In this document: one piece after another, positions 52,945 through 64,000 of the stretch
How the letters are laid out: each line of letters opens with the position of its first letter
Numbering within the stretch: position 1 is the stretch's first letter
The notes under the pieces: model-generated
The model's input: only the letters and a program-made list of their open reading frames with translations
What the model was told of the DNA's origin: nothing
Databases searched by the model: none
Made by a program: the position numbers and the translations under genes
Source: Felis catus
Taxonomy: Eukaryota
DNA length: 64,000 nt
Direction: 5' to 3'
Assembly: GCF_018350175.1 (NCBI RefSeq)
Contig: NC_058383.1
Span: forward strand, 6,636,001 to 6,700,000

Positions 52945-53026
52945 AAAACAAAAAAACAAAAAAAAAAAAAAAAACAAAAAAAAAAACAAAAAAACAAAAA
53001 AAAACAAAACAAACAAACAAAAAAAA
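52945..53026. repeat. A-rich low-complexity (A/AAAC)n tract
   Basis: Directly visible. Confidence 0.9.
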
Positions 53027-53332
53027 CACCACAATGAAAAAATCACCTGGATCCCAGTAACTATTGTTACTACTGTAACAATTGTGGAGGGCCACAATTT
53101 GGATGTACCCTAGGCCAACCACCCATGGCTGTGGAATCAAAACTTGAACTGCCCTAATTTCCGCAAAGTGCAGACTCTCCTGCAGAACTTAAGCTTTCTT
53201 CATGTCAGAGTGACTTGTAGCTTCCTAGCGCGTCAGCTGCAGACCAGTCAACTTGTACAGTGCTTCTATTCTAAAATAGGGTTGTAAGTTTCTAGTAAAC
53301 GATAGAAAACAAAGCTACTTCCTCATCTCCTG

Positions 53333-54042
53333 TGTAGGGGGCAGAAAAATAACTGTCTTTCTCAGTTCTTAGCTGAGACTCCTGCAATAAAAGATTAAGA
53401 AACAGACAAGTCTATTTACATGTATATTTCATGTATGTGTGGGAAATACCCACGGAAAAATGAGTAACTCCTGTGGTGGCTTAGAATTCAGGCCTAAATA
53501 CCATCTTTTTAATTTTTTTTTTAAGTTTATTTATTTTTGAGAGAGAGAGGGAGACAGAGAATCCCAAGTAGGCTCCTCACTGTCAGCGCAGAGCTGGACA
53601 CGGGGCTCGAACTCACTAAACCGTGAGATCATGACCTGAGCCGAAATCGAGTCTGACGCTTAACTGACGGAGCCCCCAGGCACCCCTAAATACCATCTTA
53701 ATAGGGAAAGGGGAGAGAGGATGTAGGCCTCTTAGAGGAGAGTAAATGCTTTTTAGGAAAGATGAACAGGCCCGTAAAAGAATAGACAGAAGGTCCAATA
53801 GTTTATGACAAAGTTTGTCTGGGTGTTGTGTCAACGTCTAGTCTCCTCTCCTGTGACACAAGTCTATCTTCCCTGGTTGGTGAAACTCCCTGGGAGGGGA
53901 ATTTATGACCCTTGAGTTCTTTTTGGAGGATCTGTCTTTAGGCATATGCAGGGGGTTCAGAGAAGGCCTTTCTCTGCGTTTGCCTCTTTTCAAGTGCCTG
54001 AAGCTCGAAATAATCATGGGGCAGCATCTTCTCTCCCCTTCA
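53333..54042 (-). mobile_element. ERV1 LTR (MER34-like) interrupted by a SINE (53510-53686, -)
   Basis: TG...CA ends; ttcttagctgagactcc..aataaaagattaa and ttcaagtgcc.gaagctcgaaataatc segments; SINE TSD taaataccatctt. Confidence 0.55.
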
Positions 54043-54210
54043 CGTGCTTTCTGAACTGAGCAGTGACTGCTGAGAGCTCTCAGCTTCTTCACGCTTTCGG
54101 CTTAGAAGTCTCCTTGTTTGTTTCTCCCTCAAGAAAATATTCATATCAAGTAAAGCTCTCTGAATATCCTTTTGACAGTGATTACCTCTGTGTATATAAA
54201 ATGTAGCCTG

Positions 54211-54440
54211 GGGGCGCCTGGGTGGCTCAGTCGGTTAAGCGTCCGACTTCGGCTCAGGTCACGATCTCGCGGTCCGTGAGTTCGAGCCCCGCATCGGGCT
54301 CTGTGCTGGCAGCTCAGAGCCTGGAACCTGCTTCCGATTCTGTGTCTCCCTCTGTCTCTGCCCTTCCCCCATTCATGCTCTGTCTCTCTCTGTCTCAAAA
54401 ATAAATAAACGTTTAAAAAATAAAATAAAATAAAATAAAT
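54211..54440 (+). mobile_element. Can-SINE
   Basis: TSD aaaatgtagcctg. Confidence 0.92.
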
Positions 54441-55195
54441 AAAATGTAGCCTGAAATCTCCAACTGCCCTAACGTCATTTTATACTCTCTGAGCTGATTC
54501 TGTGTGAGATGCAGAAATAAATGAAGACCGCCCTCCCCACCCACCCCCCAAAATGCGAATGAGCAAAGGCTCTTCATTCAGAGCCTGCCACAGCAAGGAA
54601 GGGAGCCACTGTCACGTGTTTAGCAAAGACTCAAGGCAGGCAGGGGAAAGTGGGGTGAAAAAGGGGGAAGTTTGGATGTACCCACTTTGGAGGCTATTGG
54701 CTTGGGAAAGCTGGAGGTGGGTTAAGTAAGTAGAAACGGAACATCCTATGTGGTTGGGGAGGGCTTTCTCTGTTGGTCCTAAATTGGAAGAAGGAAGTAA
54801 AAATTCAGGATAATCTGGCAGTTATTGACCAAATCTGGATGTGGGGCTGATTGCTACACTGGCTGTGGTTTGGGTTCTGTTTTTGTCTACGGTCTTGTCC
54901 CTTTGTGTATTTAGTCTTTCAGTGAGAACGTATTCTACAGAACATACTCTAGGGAGAAGGGGAGGGCGGGGCCCTTGGATAAAGCTTTGGAAATTGCGCT
55001 AACTTCAGAAATTCCTGAAAAGACTCTCCTAGCAGCTCCTTTCATGTTATCACCCATTTTGACACCAAACACCGTGACTGGGTATTCCCTGAGGTTTGTT
55101 GGCCTCGTTGGACTTCCCTGTCCCAGGGCTGCCTGGTGAGAGAGCTTTAAGTTCTGGCCGTACTCATGATCGTTTTTCTCCTTCAGTCTAGACTG

Positions 55196-55264
55196 ATGGC
55201 TGCAATCCTGCCCCATCTCCAAGACCAGGATGTGGAAGCTGTATTCGTGACGGCTGGGTGGAAG
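55196..55264 (+). CDS. ZNF789: ZNF789 first coding exon (MAAILPHLQDQDVEAVFVTAGWK); exon starts at 55187
   Basis: Acceptor tttttctccttcag, ATG at 55196, 23 codons, donor AAG|GTGAGC in phase 0, joining the KRAB-A exon in frame. Last 8 codons align with the recalled human start MFPPARGK. Confidence 0.65.
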
Positions 55265-55389
55265 GTGAGCTGGGCGGCTCCTCCCCTTCCTTAGGATACT
55301 CCCTGTGGCCCTGCAATGGCCTTGACTCCTTTGTTCACGCTGAGCCATCTTTATTAATTTGGGGACTTTTCTTTCTTGGAAGGTATGAT

Positions 55390-55625
55390 GTAAAGAGCTT
55401 GAACTGTGGACTCAGGTTCAAGTCCAGGCTTTGTTTTAGTTGTGTTACCTTCAGCAAGTCACATAAGCTCTCTGGGCCTCAGTTTACTTATCTGTAAATG
55501 GGACGATGATAGTTCTTATCACACGGAGTTGTGAGTATTGAGACACTTATGAAAATAAGTAAGTAATACTTACCATAGTATCTGGTTATATTTTAAGCAC
55601 TCTGCAAGCTTTAGCTACTGTTACC
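55390..55625 (+). mobile_element. MIR
   Basis: Core tgtgttaccttcagcaagtcacataagctctctgggcctcagttt..tatctgtaaatggg. Confidence 0.7.
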
Positions 55626-55868
55626 ATAGTCATTGATTGTTTCTGTCAGTGAGGGATACTGTGTACCTACTGTGTACCAGATAGTATCCTTTGTGCTGGG
55701 AGATAAACTCTACCTGAAGGAGTTTACAGTCTTTATGGAAAAGTAGATATGTAAACAGATTCTTGTAATATGGGGATAAATTCTGATCTGCCCCTGTTAA
55801 AGGGAACAAGAGCAGCTTAGTTACTGAATTTGTAACATTACGGAGGATGATTATGAAAAGTTGAGTTT

Positions 55869-56225
55869 AGGGGCATCTGGGTGGCTCAGTCAGTTAAGTG
55901 TCCAACTCTTGATTTGGGCTCAGATCATGATCTCATGGTTCCTGAGATCAAGCCCTGTGTCAGGCTCTGCGCGGACAGCTCAGAGCCTGGAGCCTGTTTC
56001 CCATTCTGGGTCTCCCTCTCTCTCTGCCCTTCCCCTGCTCATGCTCTGTCTCTCTGTCAAAAATAAACATTAAAAAAATTTTTTTTTTTTAAGTTGAGTT
56101 TAGGGGCACCTGGGTGGCTCAGTCAGTTAAGCGTCTGGCTCTTGATTTCAGCTCAGGTCATGATCTTATGGTTTGTGAGATCGAGCCCTGCGTCAATCAG
56201 GCTCTGTGCTGTCCATGCTTGACAT

Positions 56226-56258
<33 letters not shown>

Positions 56259-56310
56259 GCCCCTCCCCTGCTGTCACTGTCTCTCTCTCAAAACAAACAT
56301 TAAAAAAAAG
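55869..56310 (+). mobile_element. Two tandem Can-SINEs
   Basis: gttgagttta repeated three times as target duplication. Confidence 0.88.
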
Positions 56311-56849
56311 TGTTGAGTTTAAAGTTAAGGAGACAAGTTAGGATGCCATTGCAACAATTTTGAAAGGACAGCGGGACAAGGAGGGAACAAGGAGTCTGTA
56401 GCGCTCTTCTGGCTTCATGGCCAGTGCGCCCTGACCGCCAGAGAGTCTGCAGCGCTCTTCCGTTCCTCCGCTCCGTTGCACAGCCCGTTCTCCCCTTCAC
56501 AGGCAAACTCACATATTTGCGTTTTAAGACTGAACTAAAAACTCTTCTCCGTGAAACCCTCCCTGACTTCCTACATTAGCATCACTCTGCCCTGCGATCC
56601 CAGGTGCGCGGACATAGGGAGCAGTTGCAGAGGCTTGATGAGGCTTAAACCGGATGGTGGCTTATGGAGTGACAGGAAGTGAGTGTGTAGTTTTCTTCTG
56701 GAAGCTGGTCCGGTAAGGGAAGGAGAGAGAGCCAAAACCAGAGGAGAAGGAAAGCACGGAACATCTTCTTAAAGATAGGCGAGATTTTGGCATTTTTGGT
56801 GGCGAAGGGGAAGGAGTTAGTGGAGAAGTAAGTGTTTAAGAAAAACATT

Positions 56850-57740
56850 CCTGTGTCTCTCTGCTTTCTCCTTTCATGCTTTCACTTCACTTCTGACATC
56901 AGACATGCTGGTGCTTTCCCGCACACATCGGGCACTTCCTTGACACCAGCCAGGTGCCCTGCAGTTTAGCTCAGTTTTGATGCTCTCTTCAAGGGTTAGC
57001 ATCGGATGCCACAGGTTAAGGGCTCAGTCCCACAGGACTGCCCCTCCCCCACTTCCGACACCAGCCAATTGCAAGTCCAGGTTGTCACCTGTGCCTTGAT
57101 TGACTGACTATATATTTGGAGGTTCCCATGACTTCGCTCCTTGGGTTCGATTAATTTGCTAGTGTGACTCAACTCAGGAAAACCGTTTACTTACTAGATT
57201 ACTGGCTTATTACAGGCTGTAACTCGTGAACAGCCACACAGAGGTGAGTAGGGCAAGGTGTGGGGAAGGGGCACAGAGCTTCTGTGCTGAGTGTGCAGCA
57301 CTCCCAGCACCAACTCAGGCTCGACAGCCCCAAAGCTCTCTGAACCCCATTCTCCTGGGTTTTTATGGAGACTCATTGTGTGGACTCGATTGATTACGTC
57401 ATTGGTCTTTGGTGATTGATTGGATTTCCAGCCCCTCTCCCTCCTCTGAATTGGGGTGGAGGGTCCAAACCCTCTAGTCACCTGGTTGGTTCCCCCTGGC
57501 AACCAGCCTCCCAGACTTGGGGCCTTTCCAAAGCTCACCTCTTTAACATTAACTCAGGTCAAAGGAATTTGTTGTAAGGTGACACGCCTTTGTGGCTCTG
57601 GAGCTATTTCAGAAACCAAGGGCAAAAGACCAACTATTAAGAGATGCTCCTTTGCTCTTATCCCTTAGGAATTCCAGCGGTTTTAGGAGCTCTGTGCCAG
57701 AAATGATGAAGATTAAATCTATATTTATTATAAATCATGG
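56850..57740 (-). mobile_element. MER21-like LTR
   Basis: cacaggttaagggctcagtcccacaggactgccc and ttgggttcgattaatttgctag signatures. Confidence 0.7.
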
Positions 57741-59314
57741 TATGGTAGGGGAGAAGAGGGTAAGGATATAGAAAAGGCAGAGTGCTGTCATTGGATTAAG
57801 ACCCTGGGGGAGACACAAGGGAATGGAAGCAGAGGTGGAGGCAGAGGGGCAGCGGTTGCTAGAAGAGCCTCTTCTGCTGAGGTGGGGAGGGGGAGGAGTG
57901 AGAACACAGGTAATGCCTGGTGGGAGTGTGAGAGGGGTTAGGGAGCCTGTGCCCGGTGGGCTCTTTCCTGGGACATAATGGGCAATGCCTTCCCAAAGGG
58001 AGTAGTGGGGGTGAGTCACATGTCCTCCTAGCCCCCTCCAAGTACCTCCCACTGGATCGTTACCATGTTGACTTCCATCTTTCCCCACTGGACAGTTCAC
58101 TCCCTGAGCAGCGACAAAGGCTGCTACAGAGTCAGACAGATTGTGCATGTAGCAACCCCCCATTCACACAGCTGTGATGTGAACTGTGTTCTGCAGGATT
58201 GAACAGTGCACAGCCTGAACAGCTATATCCTGTGGCCTCAGTAGGAACCTTTATTGCTGGCCTACAGCTTGAAGGCTAGCAACTTACTGGTGCCCAATAA
58301 ATGTTTCTTGAAAGAAAGAGAGTGGTAAAGGTATAGAAAACCCTGAGAAGGAACATGAGAGAGCAGGAGTTTGGGGCAACATTAAAGGCCTGACTCTCAA
58401 ACTGAGTGTGTAGAGATAACTTGGTGGGAGATGAAGCCATTTTATTCCTACCTGTTAGCCTTCATGTAGAGCAGAGAATGTCAGCTGAGGAGACTTGCAG
58501 GGCAGCTGTGGTAAAAGGAGGGACATTTGGAATGGGTAGTGAGTGGGAACTTGAAACCATAGTCCTGGAAATCAGGCTTGGTAGGGAGGAAAGAAGGGTC
58601 ATGCAATTTGGGAAATTCTGGTGTCTGTTTCCTGAGGGGGTGGGGGTGAGTATTTCCTTTTCCTGATCACCCTTTTCGTGCACAGATAGCCTCTGATGCT
58701 ACTCAGTTTGTCCTAATAGAAGGGAGTGTGGTGGGCAGACACTAGGCCTCTGCTCCAAGAGCTCCCGTGGTGGGAGGCACCTTCTGTTCTCAGCCCACAT
58801 GAGTTGAACATAGTTGCAAATGGAAACTTCTACAAAACTTCTACCCCGTAGTACATTGTACCAACGGTCTCTGTTTGCCCCCCTCTGATACATGTTCCAC
58901 CCTCCCCTACTTTGGTCTGGGCCCTGGGAGGCTGACCTTCACACGCCATCGATGGGTTCTCTTGCCCTCTGGCTTCCAGCTGGCTTTTGGCAATGGGATG
59001 GAAGGGGTCAGGGGACCAGAAACCTGGAAGAAAGTGGTGTCGGGTTTTATTCCCACAGCCCCGTACCTGTTGGGCTGTGGGATAAGCCCTCTCCTTCCGT
59101 CTTCCCCTTCAGACAGATGGGTGATTGTTCCCCATGAGAGCCAGCCTGGCATGCTTCTGCGTGCCTTGTTGGCTTCCTTGAAGCCTGTCCCTTCCTTTGC
59201 AAATTGTCTGCATGCCAACCTATCCTCAGTGACCTCACTTGAATGTGCCATCTCTTTCCCAAGGGAATCTGGGACAGAAATATATTATTTGTTAAAGGTG
59301 CTGGTATATGGAGG

Positions 59315-59725
59315 AGGGTCAGCGAACTGACCTGGACCCGGTAGTCAAGTTTCACTGGAACACAGCTCTGCCCATTCACTTACCTGTTGTCTCTGGCTGC
59401 TTTTGTGTGACAGCAGCAGAGCTGAATAATTGTAGCAGAGACCAAATCACCTGAAAGCCTAAAATGTTTACCATCTGGCCTTCTACAGAATAAGTTTGTC
59501 AGGGTGTCTGGGTGGCTCAGTCCGGTTAGGCGTCCGACCCTTGATTTTGGCTCAGGTCAGGGTCTCATGGTTTGTGAGGTTGAGCCCCGCATGGGGCTCC
59601 ACACTGACAGCACAGGGCCTGCTTGGGATTCTCTCTCTCTCTGCTCCTCCCCCACTCACAAATGCACGTTCTCTCTCTCTCTCAAAATAAATAAACTTTA
59701 AAAAAGAAAAAGTTTGTCTACGCTA
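59315..59725. mobile_element. MER58-like hAT element interrupted by a Can-SINE (59502-59705)
   Basis: actggaacacagc..gcccattcacttac...aaagcctaaaatgtttaccatctggcc..tacagaa.aagtttg. Confidence 0.7.
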
Positions 59726-59813
59726 TAGTATAGAGGAAAGAATGAGGTTGGCCAAGTCACTTTACCTCCTCAAGCCTCACCTGTAGAATAATGATAGTTC
59801 ACAAAGTCGTTTT

Positions 59814-60034
59814 TTTTTGTTTTTTTTTTTTAAACGTTTATTTATTTTTGGGACAGAGAGAGACAGAGCATGAATGGGGGAGGGGCAGAGAGAGAGGGAG
59901 ACACAGAATCAGAAACAGGCTCCAGGCTCTGAGCCATCAGCCCAGAGCCTGACACGGGGCTCGAACTCACGGACCGCGAGATCATGACCTGGCTGAAGTC
60001 GGACGCTTAACCGACTGCGCCACCCAGGCGCCCC
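59814..60034 (-). mobile_element. Young felid Can-SINE
   Basis: TSD agttcacaaagtcgtttt at 59796-59813 and 60035-60052. Confidence 0.95.
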
Positions 60035-60065
60035 AGTTCACAAAGTCGTTTTAAGAACTGAGGTT

Positions 60066-60686
<621 letters not shown>

Positions 60687-61666
60687 TGACTTGGCTTGAA
60701 GATGTGGCTCCGAGTGTCTACACAAGTGCTCAGCCCCTTATTTGCAATTCTAAAATCAGAAAAGCTTTGCAAACTAGAAGTTTTTTCATAACTCATCTGG
60801 CTGTAAGACCCAACCTGAAGTGTTCAGGTGGTAAAACCTGATCTCTTCTACTGGAAGCTGTGTATCATCCTTCTTTTTCCCATGTGGTCATCACATCTAT
60901 ATATTTAGCGTACCAGAGATATCAGCGTGTTTGATTAAGGGTATGGCTCCAACCCCTGTGGGCGGTGGTACATAATAGAAAACATACACACCAAGTCACC
61001 TTCCTAAAATCCGGAAAAATTCTGACCTGAAACGCAGCTGGCCTCTACAATGTTTTCAAATCAGGGATTGTGGACAATGAATAGTTGCTTGTTGTTTTAG
61101 AGGTCAGAGACGCTTAATCCACTCCCCACCCCGATCCGCATCTTCCTTATCTGTAAGACCCATAGGAGCTGAACAGTTTATGGCTGATTTGGATTCCAAA
61201 GGTTAGCTTCTTTTTCTCTCAAAAAGTCTTTTTCTTTCTTCCCTCTGGAAATGGGTTTCTTCTTTGTTTGCAGCATCACTGGGCGTCTAGGAAATGATTC
61301 CTAACGGACTTCATTTCTGAACCTCCACTGCTTCCCCACTCACGGACCCTGCCTTTGGCTTATTGTATTGCAGAGTCTCCTCCCATGGGCGTTTTCTCAA
61401 CAAATCACTTTCTTTCTGGGGTCCAGCTTTGACGCCCACACTGACACTCTTGCTACATACAGTCTTGACCACCTCCTGTGGGATTGTCTGCCCACCTCTG
61501 GAGTTTTTGCTGTTTATTTTCCTTGTAGAAGCATTTACAAGAGCAGACTTGAAGACACACAAGGTACAGGAACGGTAGAACTTTCAGGGGTAACACTGTT
61601 CATATTTTGGAATGTTTCCATCCAGTTTTTCTCTCTCTCTCCTTTTAAAAAATGTAGCTGAACAGA

Positions 61667-61870
61667 GGTGCCTGAGTGGCTCAGTCAGTTAAGCATCCAA
61701 CTCTTGGTTTCAGCTCAGGTCATGATCTCACAGTTTGTGAGTTTGAGCCCTGCGTTGTGCTCTGTGCTGACAGCATGGAGCCTGCTTGAGATTCGCTCTC
61801 TCTCCCTCTCTCTGCCCCTCCACTACTCGCACTGTGTCTCTGTCACTCTCAAAATAAATAAATAAGCTTA
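61667..61870 (+). mobile_element. Can-SINE
   Basis: aatgt(a/g)gctgaaca target duplication. Confidence 0.88.
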
Positions 61871-62843
61871 AAACAATGTGGCTGAACATATTCTGTGTAT
61901 AATTTTGTAATTCCTTTGAATCTTAACTAATGTTAAGCTTCAACATTTTCCCTATGTTATTAAAAGCCCCCATAAATACAGTAAATGATCATAATGTAAT
62001 TCTGTTGTATGATCTGTAATGTTTAATCATTTTCCCATTTGGGGATATTTAGTTTGGCTTGTTGTTGTTGTTGTTGACTTGTTAATAGATTTATCATCTA
62101 CTATACTTAATGTTCTAATGGATGTTTGTGACCATAAATCCTTATATGAATTTCTGACTGTTCCCAAGATCCAGAATATTGGTGTTAAAGGGTATGGGCT
62201 CTTAGTCTGATTATTGAATGGCCTTTCACTAACAAAGTAGGAAATAAAAATCATCTGCAGGCCTACTGCCCAGAAATTACCCCTGTTAACATGTTGGTTT
62301 ACTTTTTCCTAGTCTTTTCATATATATTAATAGTTAATGTACATATACCCACACATATAGTTTTTAAAAACAAAATTTGGGTCATATTTCATGAGTTTTT
62401 CATTCTCCTTTAAGATATATAGGGAACATTTTCCTATTTTAATATTCTTTGAGCACATGGATTTTTAGGATCTAATACTTTTGCCTTCACTGAATTCACG
62501 TTACACTGTAGCTGTTCCCATCCTGATGTCTACTTTATTTCCAGTTTTGCATAGGTACAACTGTGCTGAACATCTCTGGCACATTAATCTTGTCCTGATT
62601 GTTCCGTAGGCTGTATCTCTACGATTACCAAATCTAAGGGTGTGAATATTGTTGAGAATTTACTGAATCTTTCAGTAAAGATTGTTGGAGTTTCAGAAAG
62701 ATTGTGCCAAATTCTCTTCTCACCAGCCCTTTTGATTATTGCTCTTATCTGTTTGCCACTGTAGACTCAAGGGGGTTGAGGTGAGCGCTGGGACCTCTCT
62801 CTGTAACTCACTAACCACATCCCGTTTACTTCCCCATGAGTAG

Positions 62844-62957
62844 GATTTCAGTTTCCCAAACCTGAGGTGATCTGCCTGCTGGAGCAGTGGGAAGAGCCAT
62901 GGATCCTGGATCTACCAAGAACTGGGACTAGGAAGGCTTCCAGTAGTGCTTGCCCAG
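62844..62957 (+). CDS. ZNF789: ZNF789 KRAB-B exon; finger exon lies beyond the window
   Basis: ccccatgagtag|...CCAG|gtgggt; 114 nt, phase 1 to 1; GFQFPKPEVICLLEQWEEPWILDLPRTGTRKASSSACP. Confidence 0.9.
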
Positions 62958-63188
62958 GTGGGTGAGGAGAGGACCCAGTCCAAGTGGAAAAATCAGGAAG
63001 GGGCAGGAAAGCACCTTAGTGAAGCCCCTCGTGTGCCCCCCAGATCCTGAGCCACATGTTCGACATCCATTATCCCACTTATTCATCCCTGCTGCCCTCT
63101 GAAGGTAGTACGTAAGTGTGGCCATTAGACCCATTTTCCAGATGAAGAATCAAAGATTCAGATGTCACACAGATTGACTTATAGTTTT

Positions 63189-63419
63189 ATTTTTTTTTAT
63201 TTTTTATTTTTTTCAACGTTTTTTATTTATTTTTGGGACAGAGAGAGACAGAGCATGAACGGGGGAGGGGCAGAGAGAGAGGGAGACACAGAATCGGAAG
63301 CAGGCTCCAGGCTCTGAGCCATCAGCCCAGAGCCTGACGCGGGGCTCGAACTCACAGACCGCGAGATGGTGACCTGGCTGAAGTCGGACGCTTAACCGAC
63401 TGCGCCACCCAGGCGCCCC
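63189..63419 (-). mobile_element. Young felid Can-SINE
   Basis: TSD tgacttatagtttt on both sides. Confidence 0.95.
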
Positions 63420-63717
63420 TGACTTATAGTTTTAAAAACTCTATCAATCTGTCACACAGATTGATAGTTGAGGTTCGATTTCAAGCCTGCAAAGCTCATG
63501 CTCGTTCTACTGCGGTAGAGTGTTTCTCTGAACTCTTTTTCCAAATCAGATACTTCTTTCTTCTATGCTCGTTACTTATCCTTCCCTCTGTTTTCCTCTC
63601 ATTCCTTTGCCTTCATCCTGTTTGTCATATCCCCACGGTGTTTCTCAACATACCTACTTTTTCCTACTTACTATGTCCTGATTGCTGCTTCTACCTTTTT
63701 TTCACATTCTTGTGTTC

Positions 63718-64000
63718 CAGAGTTTCTCAACCTCTGCTCTATTGACATTTGGGGCTAGATAGTTCTTTTTTTTTTAGTTTTTAAAAATGTTTATTTGAGA
63801 GAGAGAGAGAGAGCATGAGTGATGGAGGGGCAGAGAGGGAGGGAGACACAGAATCCAAAGCAGGCACCAGGCTCCGAGCTGTCAACACAGAGCCCGATGT
63901 GGGGCTTGAACCCACAGACCACGAGATCATGACCTGAACCGAAGTCAGACACTTAACCAACTGAGCCACCCAGGCACCCCAGGCTGGATACTTCTTTGTT
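63718..64000. mobile_element. MER20-like element interrupted by a Can-SINE (63770-63980, -)
   Basis: cagagtttctcaacctc.gc.ctattgacatttggggctagata start; reverse SINE. Confidence 0.7.

Overview
Mammalian euchromatic window from a felid (cat-lineage) genome, dense in tRNA-derived Can-SINEs (roughly 65 copies by eye). Gene order matches, from recall, the human ATP5MF - tRNA-Trp - ZNF789 interval. Contents: (1) first coding exon and CpG-island promoter of ATP5MF (ATP5J2) on the minus strand at about 2.4 kb; (2) an orphan CpG island at about 7.9-9.6 kb; (3) a 5'-truncated L1 with TSDs; (4) an intact tRNA-Trp(CCA) at 14869-14940; (5) an unnamed 11-finger C2H2 gene on the plus strand; (6) the promoter and first three coding exons (start, KRAB-A, KRAB-B) of ZNF789, whose finger exon lies beyond the window. 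I reconstruct gene (5) as four coding exons (23653-23686, 24189-24286, 27961-28087, 31544-32757; 490 aa). It has a GC-AG intron, a degenerate acidic KRAB-A exon and an apparently decayed SCAN exon now forming a uORF-containing 5' UTR, and is the most interesting object here. The rest is SINEs, L1/L2/MIR, LTRs, DNA transposons and microsatellites. Most ORFs in the supplied track are SINE, L1, microsatellite or GC-rich artefacts. Gene names and repeat families come from sequence recognition, not database searches; repeat boundaries are approximate unless a TSD is quoted.
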